In this document: positions 53,876-63,451 of the stretch, in pieces | Position numbering within the stretch: the first letter of the stretch is position 1 | Layout: each line of letters begins with the position of its first letter | Assembly (NCBI GenBank): GCA_030765845.1 | Contig: JAVCDJ010000203.1 | Location: 12,942 to 76,941 of the forward strand | Direction: 5' to 3' | From: Candidatus Stygibacter australis | GTDB taxonomy: Bacteria > Cloacimonadota > Cloacimonadia > Cloacimonadales > TCS61 | Length of the DNA stretch: 64,000 bases | Made by a program: the position numbers and the translations under genes | Notes under the pieces: generated by a model | Database searches by the model: none | The model's input: the letters and a program-made list of their open reading frames with translations, nothing else | Told to the model about the DNA's origin: nothing

Positions 53876-56290
53876 ATGTTCAAAAATTATGTAAAAATTG
53901 CTATAAGAAATATTCTAAGAAATAAACTTTATTCTCTTATCAATATATTGGGACTTACTATTGGGATAACTGCCTGTTTACTTATTATGTTATTTATCAA
54001 TTATGAGTATTCTTATGAAAATATGTTTTCCAAAGCGGACAGGATATATCGCGTACTTACCATTGATGCAGCACTGGGTACAAATAAGCAGAGGGTGGGT
54101 ATCACAATGCCTCCTTTGGGAACTGTTCTGACGGATAACTTTCCTGAAATTGAAGCTGCTACGCGAGTATCCGGTGGACGCAGAACGTTGATGCAAATCG
54201 GAGACGAACAAGGGATTTATGCTGAAAAAATGAGAGCAGCAGACACCAATTTCTTTGCAATATTCGATTTTAAATTATTGAAAGGGGATATTCAAACGGC
54301 ACTTTCCGAACCTTACAATTTAGTTTTAACCACTAAAATGGCTAATTCATTATTCGGTGATAAAGAGGTGATGGGAAAGTCTGTGAAAGCTGCTGGAATA
54401 GAAATGACAGTGACTGGAATAATGTCAGATTTACCGGCTAATACTCATTTCACCTTTGATGCCCTGGCTTCGATTTCAACTTTTGCAGCTCTGGCAAAAG
54501 CACAACAACCGGAAAACAGCACCAGACCTATCTGGCTGGAAGAGTGGCAGATGATTGCAATGCCCACTTATATGCTGGCTGCCCCCAAAGCTGATCTAAC
54601 TGGTCTTGATGAGCGAATTACAGCTTTAACCAGAGAATATGATGTGGGAGAAAATTTCACTATTACCCTGCAGGCTCTCAATGATGTCCATCTTCATTCC
54701 ACAGACGTTATCTTTGATAGAATCGCTAATAAAGGAGATATTAAAAATATTTACATTTTTGCTATAATTGCTCTTTTGATTTTGGTCATTGCAACAGTGA
54801 ACTATATGAATCTTTCAACTGCCTGCAGTTTGCAGCGCTCCCGTGAAGTAGGCATCCGAAAAGTTGTGGGATCTCAAATCAGCCAGCTCCGTATGCAGTT
54901 TCTGGGTGAATCACTGGGAATCACACTGCTATCGATATTGCTGGCAATCCCTTTACTGGAACTTACAATACCTTTTTTGAACAGTATCTCTGGTTCTCAG
55001 ATTATCATGGGTGGTGAAGAGTTACAATTGATAGGTTATTCCATGCTGGCGATCTGTATTTTGATCGGTATTCTGGCAGGATTATACCCGGCATTTGTGT
55101 TATCCCGCTATAAACCGGTTCAGGTTCTAATGGGGGCATTTAAATCACAGGATAAAGGTGTTTTACTGCGTCGTATATTGGTGATATTTCAGTTCACCCT
55201 TTCCATTGCCATGATCGGACTAACGGTGATCATTCAGCAGCAGATGCATTATATCTCACAAAAAGATATTGGATATAATAGAGAGCAGGTTGCTGTTTTC
55301 GAAATGTCTGGCAGACCAATGTATAATCAAGCAGATAATTTCAGTGCTTCTCTGCGTGAATTCAGCGGGATCAAAAGTGTTGGATCAGCGAGTAATATAC
55401 CAGGACGTACTTTTAGCCGAACAGGTCTTCTTCCAGAAGGGTCTGCTTCTGATGATATCTGGATTTGGAGCAGATTAAATATTAAACCTGATTTCATATC
55501 AGCACTTGATATGCAGATTATAGAAGGTAGAAACTTCCGGTCTGAAAATGAAGATTCTGATGAAAACAGCGTCCTGATCAACGAGACAGCTGTTCAGCAA
55601 ATAGGCTGGGAAAATCCAATCGGTATGATGATCTATAGAGAATCTGGTGATTCTGTAGGCGTGGAGGTTATTGGAGTAGTTAAGGATTTTCATTTTATTA
55701 CAATGCATCAAAACATCGAGCCAGTAATAATTTATCCTCTTTTAAATAATCCCGCAAGCTTTATTGCAGCAAAAATTGAAAAGGGCAGAATAAATGAAGC
55801 GTTGGAATATATGGAAACAAAATGGCAGGAATTTTTCCCCGATTATCCATTTAGCTTCATTTTTCTGGATGATGAATTCAATGCCTTATATTCGAGAGAC
55901 CAGAATACCGGCACAGTTGTGAAAATATTCTCTCTTCTGACCATTTTTGTTGCCTGTCTTGGATTACTGGGACTTTCCAGTCATTCTATCAGTCAGCGCC
56001 GCAAAGAGATAGGAATTCGCAAAGTACTTGGTGCCACTACGGGAGAAATGACCCGGCTTCTACTATTAAATTTTATCCAGTGGGTAGCTCTGGCAAATAT
56101 TTTTGCCATTCCCCTTGGCTGGTATGTAGCCAGGCAGTGGTTAAAGAATTTTGCTTACCATATAGATCCCGGGATCCTCACTTTTATCATTTCAGGAGCC
56201 ATAGCTGTGCTCATTGCAATGATAGCAATTATATTCCAAACAGTAAGAACTGCAAATGCAAATCCAGCCGATGCTTTGAAATATGAATAG
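53876..56290 (+). CDS. Double-FtsX (MacB-like) ABC permease, paralogue 5
   Basis: 804 aa. 'NYVKIAIRNILRNKLYSLINILGLTIG', 'EIGIRKVLGA', C-terminus 'NPADALKYE'. Confidence 0.9.
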   Translation: MFKNYVKIAIRNILRNKLYSLINILGLTIGITACLLIMLFINYEYSYENMFSKADRIYRVLTIDAALGTNKQRVGITMPPLGTVLTDNFPEIEAATRVSGGRRTLMQIGDEQGIYAEKMRAADTNFFAIFDFKLLKGDIQTALSEPYNLVLTTKMANSLFGDKEVMGKSVKAAGIEMTVTGIMSDLPANTHFTFDALASISTFAALAKAQQPENSTRPIWLEEWQMIAMPTYMLAAPKADLTGLDERITALTREYDVGENFTITLQALNDVHLHSTDVIFDRIANKGDIKNIYIFAIIALLILVIATVNYMNLSTACSLQRSREVGIRKVVGSQISQLRMQFLGESLGITLLSILLAIPLLELTIPFLNSISGSQIIMGGEELQLIGYSMLAICILIGILAGLYPAFVLSRYKPVQVLMGAFKSQDKGVLLRRILVIFQFTLSIAMIGLTVIIQQQMHYISQKDIGYNREQVAVFEMSGRPMYNQADNFSASLREFSGIKSVGSASNIPGRTFSRTGLLPEGSASDDIWIWSRLNIKPDFISALDMQIIEGRNFRSENEDSDENSVLINETAVQQIGWENPIGMMIYRESGDSVGVEVIGVVKDFHFITMHQNIEPVIIYPLLNNPASFIAAKIEKGRINEALEYMETKWQEFFPDYPFSFIFLDDEFNALYSRDQNTGTVVKIFSLLTIFVACLGLLGLSSHSISQRRKEIGIRKVLGATTGEMTRLLLLNFIQWVALANIFAIPLGWYVARQWLKNFAYHIDPGILTFIISGAIAVLIAMIAIIFQTVRTANANPADALKYE

Positions 56291-56298
56291 AAATTATT

Positions 56299-58677
56299 AT
56301 GTTTAAGAAATACTTTTTACTTGCATTAAGGGGAATTTCCAGAAACAGGAGTTACTCCTTTATCAATATTCTGGGATTTGCTCTGGGACTTTATGTCTGC
56401 ATAATCATCAGTCTTTATGTTCTTGATGATCTCACCTTTGATCATCAATTTGAAGAACCGGAGAATATCTATAGAATAGTATCTAATGATAATTCCAAGG
56501 ACTGGATATCCGCTGTCACAGTGGGACCTTTATATGGGTTTCTGGAAGAAAACGTACCGGAAGTGGTGGCAGCAACGCGGATTGGACGCTATGGTGTACG
56601 CCTGCTCAGAAATGATATTGAACAACCAGATTCCATGGCAATTTTCCGTAGAGCATTACTCACCGATAGTGATTATTTCAGGGTATTTCGACCAGAAATT
56701 ATCAGTGGTGAGAAAGAAAATCCTCTCTCCGATCCTAATGCTGTATATCTTACAGAAGCTACTGCTGAAGCAATATATGGTGATGAAGATCCAGTTGGAA
56801 AGAGCATTGAGATCAGTTTTATAGAGAATGGCTATGTGGCTGGAATTGTAAAAGAGCCCCCTTTAAACACTCATATGCGGTACGGTGTAATAATTACAAT
56901 GGATCCTTCATTTAACCCGCTCTGGTGGGATTCATGGGAAAATCTCACCCTTACAGGATATGTGAGAGTGCAGGATAATATCGACGTTAAATCAATGGAA
57001 CAAAAAATCGTTGATGTAGCCAGGCAAAATGGGATGACCACTATGTTCACGCCAGTAATGCAGCCATTACTGGAGATGCATCTTAAATCTTCTGAACTGA
57101 GGTATGATGCCTTTAATCTGAATAAAAGTGATGCCTCTATCCCTTACAGCCTTATCATCATTGCAATCCTTGTTTTGATAGTTGCCTCCATAAATTTCAT
57201 CAATCTATCCACAGCAAAATCTTCTAATCGAGGTAAGGAAATAGGTGTCAGAAAGGTTCTTGGTGCTGATAAATTCCAATTATCAATGCAGTTTCTAACA
57301 GAATCAATCCTATATACAATTCTGGCAATGATCATAGCTCTGGGAGCCGTAGAAATCTCCTTATCATGGCTACAGCCATTCTTAAACAAACCTCTTGAAT
57401 TTAACATCATCCAGAATCCATTCACTATTCCTTTTGCAATGTTAGCAGCGATCTTTATTGGTGTAATTTCTGGTTTATATCCCTCAATGGTGTTATCATC
57501 ATTTAAGCCTATCAGTACTCTCAAAGGTGAATTTAAATCCGGTAAGAAGGGTATTGTCATGCGCCGGATTCTGGTTATCGGGCAATTTTCGATTTCTATT
57601 GCTTTAATCCTGGCAGTGCTCGTAGTTATTAGTCAATTAAAATATATGCAGAAAATCAATCTTGGTTATAATAAGGAAAGTGTTCTGGTAATCAGGACCC
57701 GGGACGTGAGAATTGATTTGGAATCAGATATATTCAAAGAGAGAGTGATGGAACTACCAGCAGTAAGCAATTCTGCCAGACTGCGTCAGCTGCCTGGTAA
57801 CACATTACCTACTGCTGAGGTATATTTTGATTATCGCACAGATGAAATTGGCATAATGACTGATGAGATATTTGTTGATGAGAATTTCATTGATGCGCTT
57901 GACGTGGATTTGATCACAGGTAGAAATTTTATCAGAGGATCTCAAGCTGACTCAGCATCTTCAATATTGATGAATGAAACTGCCTTTAAAATGACGGGCT
58001 GGGATAATATTGATGGTCATAAAATAATCTGGGTTCCCGCTGATGGTGTAGATGTGGAACTTAATGTAATTGGTGTGATCAAAGACATTCATCTTGGAGA
58101 AGCAAAAAATGTGATCGAACCCATGATCATTCATTATAACCCGCGAAGTGATTTCCTGTTGGTTCGCACAAATGACATTGAACTGGCAGCCTCTCAAATT
58201 GAATTAGTGTCCAATGAGTTTTTACCGGAACGTGATTTTGATTACTTCCCGCTTAATGATATATTTATGATGCAATTCAGGGAAGAAGACAGCTTTGCGC
58301 AGAAGATAGCAGTTTTTGCTATTATCGCAATTTTGATCGCCTGTCTGGGATTATTTGCCCTGGCAGCATTCATCACAGAAAAAAGAACCCGTGAAATTGG
58401 AATACGTAAGGTGCTTGGCTCTCCCATCTGGTCTATAGTTGTATTATTAACCAGTGATTTTATAAAATGGGTGCTGATCGCAAATCTGATCGCCTGGCCC
58501 CTTGCCTGGTATGCTATGAGTGCCTGGCTGCAGAATTTTGCCTATAGAACGCCATTGAATCCCCTCTTATTTGTTGTCGCGGGTTTCGCAGCGTTGATCA
58601 TTGCCATTATAACTGTAGGTTTTCATACTCTCAAAGCAGCAAACCAGAATCCAGCGAATATAATGAAATATGAATAG
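56299..58677 (+). CDS. Double-FtsX (MacB-like) ABC permease, paralogue 6
   Basis: 792 aa. 'LALRGISRNRSYSFINILGFALG', 'EIGIRKVLGS', C-terminus 'NPANIMKYE'. Confidence 0.9.
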   Translation: MFKKYFLLALRGISRNRSYSFINILGFALGLYVCIIISLYVLDDLTFDHQFEEPENIYRIVSNDNSKDWISAVTVGPLYGFLEENVPEVVAATRIGRYGVRLLRNDIEQPDSMAIFRRALLTDSDYFRVFRPEIISGEKENPLSDPNAVYLTEATAEAIYGDEDPVGKSIEISFIENGYVAGIVKEPPLNTHMRYGVIITMDPSFNPLWWDSWENLTLTGYVRVQDNIDVKSMEQKIVDVARQNGMTTMFTPVMQPLLEMHLKSSELRYDAFNLNKSDASIPYSLIIIAILVLIVASINFINLSTAKSSNRGKEIGVRKVLGADKFQLSMQFLTESILYTILAMIIALGAVEISLSWLQPFLNKPLEFNIIQNPFTIPFAMLAAIFIGVISGLYPSMVLSSFKPISTLKGEFKSGKKGIVMRRILVIGQFSISIALILAVLVVISQLKYMQKINLGYNKESVLVIRTRDVRIDLESDIFKERVMELPAVSNSARLRQLPGNTLPTAEVYFDYRTDEIGIMTDEIFVDENFIDALDVDLITGRNFIRGSQADSASSILMNETAFKMTGWDNIDGHKIIWVPADGVDVELNVIGVIKDIHLGEAKNVIEPMIIHYNPRSDFLLVRTNDIELAASQIELVSNEFLPERDFDYFPLNDIFMMQFREEDSFAQKIAVFAIIAILIACLGLFALAAFITEKRTREIGIRKVLGSPIWSIVVLLTSDFIKWVLIANLIAWPLAWYAMSAWLQNFAYRTPLNPLLFVVAGFAALIIAIITVGFHTLKAANQNPANIMKYE

Positions 58678-58685
58678 GAGATATA

Positions 58686-59351
58686 ATGCTTAAAATGCAG
58701 AAAGTTTTTAAATACTACGTTAATAAATACCGGCGTGAGTATATCCTCAGGGATATAGACCTGGAAGTGAAGCAGGGAGAATTTATAACTGTGATGGGAC
58801 CATCCGGGGCAGGAAAATCTACTTTGCTTTACCTTTTGGGAATGCTGGAATCTATTGATGAAGGTGAATACCTCTATAAGGATATTCCCATCCATTCCTA
58901 CAATGACAAAAAACGTACAGAGATCCATAAACACGAAATTGGCTTTGTATTTCAGCAATATCATCTGATAGACGAGCTCACAGTTTATGAAAATATTGAA
59001 ATTCCCCTCTTGTACCAAAAAGTGAAATCCGCTGAACGAAAAAGCCTGGTCTGTGATATCCTTGATAAATTCAATATTGTTGCTAAAAAAGACCTTTTCC
59101 CCAATCAGCTTTCTGGAGGACAGCAGCAATTGGTGGGTATCTGCCGGGCTATTATCGGGAAACCAGACCTGCTGCTGGCTGATGAACCTACCGGAAATCT
59201 CAATTCTGAGCAGGGTCTGGAAATTATGGAAGCATTAAAGAAGATGAACCAGCAAGGGACGACTATCATTCAAGTCACACATTCCCGTGAGAAAGCTGCT
59301 TTTGGTGATAGGATCATTAACCTTCTGGATGGCATGATCCAGCCAGATTAA
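58686..59351 (+). CDS. ABC transporter ATP-binding protein (MacB/LolD-type), copy 2
   Basis: Walker A 'GPSGAGKST', signature 'LSGGQQQLVGICRA', Walker B '[11 protein letters not shown]', 'VTHS'. Confidence 0.95.
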   Translation: MLKMQKVFKYYVNKYRREYILRDIDLEVKQGEFITVMGPSGAGKSTLLYLLGMLESIDEGEYLYKDIPIHSYNDKKRTEIHKHEIGFVFQQYHLIDELTVYENIEIPLLYQKVKSAERKSLVCDILDKFNIVAKKDLFPNQLSGGQQQLVGICRAIIGKPDLLLADEPTGNLNSEQGLEIMEALKKMNQQGTTIIQVTHSREKAAFGDRIINLLDGMIQPD

Positions 59352-59366
59352 TAGCTGGAGATAAAT

Positions 59367-61094
59367 ATGAAAAAGTATCTTGTGCTCGGATTGGTTATCA
59401 TGTTTTACCTATGCCTTTCTGCTCAGGATAATTTCCTGATTGTTGCTGATCAATACTGGGAGGACAATCCTTCTTTAAATGATTTCTGTGACTGGAAAAC
59501 GGAAAAGGGATTTGCTATTACCAGCCTTTTTTGTGAATCTGAAAGCACAATTGAAGAAATTGATTCCTGGGTTGAAGAACAGTATTTTCTTCTGGAGCCT
59601 GCTCCAAAGTTTCTTCTGCTGATTGGTGATGCCACTGGAGATTACAGCATTCCCACTCAGTCGGAAGGTTTGCCGAATGGTCCTGGAGATATCCATTCTG
59701 ACCTGATATATGGAGTAATTGGTGAAGTAACTGACCTTAATAGAATTCCTGATATTTATGTTGGCAGATTTCCTTGCAGCAATGGAATAGAATTATCTGC
59801 TCTGGTAAACAAAACTATCTGGTATGAAAAAGATCAGTACCTGAATGCTGCTGATCTCTCCTATCTGTCAAATGCTCTGGGGGTTTCCAATAATAGTCCA
59901 GATTATGCTGATCATCGGAATGCTGTGATCAATTATGGCTGGGACTGGTATTTTAACGATACATACTATAATCCCTATACTTATGAAACAAATGGAATAA
60001 ATGGCATCAGCATGTTGTATCCCCATGCGGATACTTTAGCATTGGTGCAGGATATAAAAAATGAAATTAATTCTGGAACTGGTTTTTATTACTATATAGG
60101 TAATTCTGATGCCTTTCGATTTAAGTATCCAGATTTCACAATTGCGGACCTGGAAGAATTGGATAACTATCAAAAATACCCAATTGTGATGGGTGGGGGC
60201 TGATGCTCGGCAACATTCCTTGAGAATGATTGCTTCGGTGAAGCATTTATTAATCTGCCTGATAAAGGTGGTGTTGCCTATATAGGTAACACCACCAGAA
60301 CTTATCTAAATGTAAACTGGAAAATAGCTACCGGGAATAATGATCCCTTCCTGCCCCTTACTCCAGATCAAATGGGACTTTTTGATGCCCTGATGCACCC
60401 GGAATATGATAATCTGGGTAGGATCATTAATGAAATGCGTCATGCTGTAGAAGGAGTCAATGGTATTGATGAAAGCCTTAAAACGAGACATATTTATTCG
60501 CTTACGCTGCTTGGTGATCCTTCTTTGACGCCATGTCTGGGTATTCCACAGGAGCTGGATGTACAATATAACTATTTCATTGACCAAAGCTTATTTTTTG
60601 ATCTTACTACAGAGCCTAATGCCCTTTTTGCTCTATCAGACAGTGAAGGGAATCTGATTTATGCAGAAAAGGCTGATGCGAATGGCTCAGGATTTGTTAT
60701 ACTGGAAGATTTCAATGAAAATTTTCTCAGGTTGACGATCACTGCCAAAAACAGGATACCCTACTTTGCAAATATTTATCTTACTCATAATGATAGCAGC
60801 AATATTGCTCCTGCTTCCACTCGCTGCTGTAATTATCCTAATCCCTTTAATCAATCAACCACTATCTACCGGATGAATGAGCATACCAGGCGTCAGGAAA
60901 ACGACAAAATTCATTATCAGATATTTAACCTGAAGTGTGAAAAAGTTAATGAGTTCTGGCTTTCAGACAGCAAACCGGAATACTGCTGGGATGCCAGAAA
61001 TGAGCAGGGAGAAATCCTCCCATCCGGCATTTACCTGATCAAGGCAGATGATCATGAAAATGAAACTGCTGGAAAACTGCTTTTACTAAAATGA
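59367..61094 (+). pseudogene. C25 (gingipain-like) peptidase homologue with T9SS-type CTD, interrupted by one in-frame TGA (60201-60203)
   Basis: ORFs 59367-60203 and 60372-61094 are in the same frame (offset 1005 = 335 codons). The 168 nt between them read through as 'CSATFLENDCFGEAFINLPDKGGVAYIGNTTRTY...'. This is collinear with 'CLTGYF...ECFVEQWFRNPDGGAVGAVGSTRISY' of the C25 protein at 2-4219. Signal peptide at the N-terminus; CTD 'YPNPFNQSTTIY...GIYLIKAD...KLLLLK'. Confidence 0.6.
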
Positions 61095-61107
61095 TCTGGA
61101 GCAGATT

Positions 61108-63441
61108 ATGCTGAAAAATTATTTGAAGATAGCTTTAAGACATTTGCAGAAACATAAGGGATATTCTTTGATCAATATTCTGGGTCTGGCTCTGGGTATG
61201 ACAGTTAGTCTCCTGCTGTTGCTCTGGGTCCAAGATGAACTGCTGTTTGATAAATTCCATCAGGATATTGAAAATATTTACCAGATTTCCATGTATGATG
61301 AGCAAAGTGCTTCTCCTTCCGGAGGTAGAACTATACCCCTCAAAATGGTACCAGTTCTAAGAGATAATTATCCCGAGATAAAAAATGCAGCCCGGTATCG
61401 GTTTTTTAATAATCTTGCACTTAATTATAACGACAAAGATTTTAATGAAAGTAACGTGATGGCGACGGAGCCAAATTTCTTTGAGATGTTTGATGTGGAG
61501 TTTATCAGAGGAGATGCCGCAACTGCGTTGTCTGATCCCAGTTCTATTATTCTCACCAGCAGTTCTGCACATAAAATTTTTGGTAATGAATCTCCTATGG
61601 GAAAAGCTATCATAGTCAATAATGACAGTCCCTTTACTGTTACAGGGATCATTAAAGATTTTCCTGTTCAATCAAGCTTGAATATTGATTATATCATTTC
61701 TTTTGCTGTGATGGGTGAAAGAGCTGATACCTGGAGCTGGGAATGCTCCGGCTTTGTGCAATTGTATCCTAATACTGATTATGAAAAATTTGCACCAAAG
61801 ATCAAAACTGCTCTGGTTGATCATAGCCCCAGGGAGATAGATCAGGATATGCTCTACCTGCAACTATTTAGTCATGTGCATCTCTATTCCCCCTTAGATA
61901 CTCCAGACGGTTTGATTATGGTTTATGTTCTTAGTGGCATAGCAATCCTCATTCTCCTCATTGCCTGTATCAATTTTATGAACCTGGCAAATGCCCGTTA
62001 TGCCCTGCGCACCAAAGAAATTGGTGTAAGGAAAATAATGGGGGCTCAGAGGAAACAGATCATAATGCAGTTCCTCTCAGAATCAATGTTAATCACCTGT
62101 ATTGCCATGCTTCTTTCTATCGCCCTGGTTGAACTCCTATTGCCTCAATTCAATCTATTAACTGCCAAAAATACCTCCATTACTATCTCAAATCTCCTAT
62201 TCATCATTGGCTTTCCTCTAATTGTGCTATTTACAGGGATTTTTGCCGGAACATATCCTGCCTTTTTCCTCTCATCTTATTCACCTGTTCAGATCTTCTG
62301 TCATAAATTCAGCTCGGATTCCATGAAATCTTTCCGTAAATTACTGGTAGTTTTCCAATTCACGATCTCCATTATTCTCATTATTCTATCTTTTGCAATT
62401 TATCAGCAAATCAATTATATCAATAAAAAAGACCTGGGTATTAATACAGATTATGTGATTCATCTGCCTATGCGAAATGAACAATATCAAAAGTATGATA
62501 CTATCAAAGAAGAACTGCTCAAAAATAGAAATGTATTGGCTGTAACCACTTCCACTTCTCTTCCCTCACAAGTGGGAAACGTAAACCCCGTCACCTGGGA
62601 AGGAAAACCAAATGACGATAGAGTGATTTTTCGCTTCTATAACACTGATAATGATTTCTTTAAGCTCTTTCAGATTCCATTTGTTGCCGGTAATGGTTTT
62701 ACTCTGGATAAAGCAGTTCATCCGGAAATTGAATACGTGGTTAATGAAACTGCGGTCAAATTAATGGAAATGAAAGACCCGATTGGTAAAAAATTCAGCA
62801 TGTTCGGCCATGATGGTTATATAGTGGGAGTTATCAAGGATTTCCATAATACCTCACTTTCAGGGGAAATAAGACCTCTTCTCATCTCGCAGCTTAGTTG
62901 GTTCAGAAGTATTATCATGATCAGAATTGCTCCTGAAGATATGAATTCCACCATTAAATACATCGAAAATTCCATGGCTGAAACCTGTCCCGGCTTCCCC
63001 TTCTCATACACTTTTCTGGATGAAAGTATTGCCAGAATGTATTATGATACCAGACGTACTCATTCTATTATTTTATATTTCACTTGCCTGGCTGTTTTTA
63101 TCTCCTGCCTGGGATTATTTGGTTTGTCATCTTTTATGACAGAAAGACGTGCCAAAGAGATCAGTATCAGAAAGATCTTAGGCTCGAGTACTAATAACCT
63201 CATATTCCAACTCACCAGCAGTTTCCTTCGCTGGGTGGCTATCGCAGCCATTATTGCTATTCCAGTTGCCATGTATCTGGCAAATCTCTTCCTAAAGCAA
63301 TTCGTCTATCACTATGATCTTACTATCCTTGATTTTGTGATCCCAATTGCTTTGCAATTCCTGCTGGCTGTTGTCACAGTTGGCTATCAAACTCTTCGGG
63401 CTGCACACTCGAATCCCGCTGATATATTAAAATACGAGTAG
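61108..63441 (+). CDS. Double-FtsX (MacB-like) ABC permease, paralogue 7
   Basis: 777 aa. 'NYLKIALRHLQKHKGYSLINILGLALG', 'EISIRKILGS', C-terminus 'NPADILKYE'. Confidence 0.9.
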   Translation: MLKNYLKIALRHLQKHKGYSLINILGLALGMTVSLLLLLWVQDELLFDKFHQDIENIYQISMYDEQSASPSGGRTIPLKMVPVLRDNYPEIKNAARYRFFNNLALNYNDKDFNESNVMATEPNFFEMFDVEFIRGDAATALSDPSSIILTSSSAHKIFGNESPMGKAIIVNNDSPFTVTGIIKDFPVQSSLNIDYIISFAVMGERADTWSWECSGFVQLYPNTDYEKFAPKIKTALVDHSPREIDQDMLYLQLFSHVHLYSPLDTPDGLIMVYVLSGIAILILLIACINFMNLANARYALRTKEIGVRKIMGAQRKQIIMQFLSESMLITCIAMLLSIALVELLLPQFNLLTAKNTSITISNLLFIIGFPLIVLFTGIFAGTYPAFFLSSYSPVQIFCHKFSSDSMKSFRKLLVVFQFTISIILIILSFAIYQQINYINKKDLGINTDYVIHLPMRNEQYQKYDTIKEELLKNRNVLAVTTSTSLPSQVGNVNPVTWEGKPNDDRVIFRFYNTDNDFFKLFQIPFVAGNGFTLDKAVHPEIEYVVNETAVKLMEMKDPIGKKFSMFGHDGYIVGVIKDFHNTSLSGEIRPLLISQLSWFRSIIMIRIAPEDMNSTIKYIENSMAETCPGFPFSYTFLDESIARMYYDTRRTHSIILYFTCLAVFISCLGLFGLSSFMTERRAKEISIRKILGSSTNNLIFQLTSSFLRWVAIAAIIAIPVAMYLANLFLKQFVYHYDLTILDFVIPIALQFLLAVVTVGYQTLRAAHSNPADILKYE

Positions 63442-63451
63442 AGGTTATAAA

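Noticed and set aside
60201-60203. Alternative genetic code (TGA read as Gly or Trp) to explain the in-frame TGA.
   Set aside because: TGA ends several well-supported genes here, including smORF A, the GHMP kinase at 8350-8352 and the PLC-like gene at 13294-13296. No other long gene needs TGA read-through.
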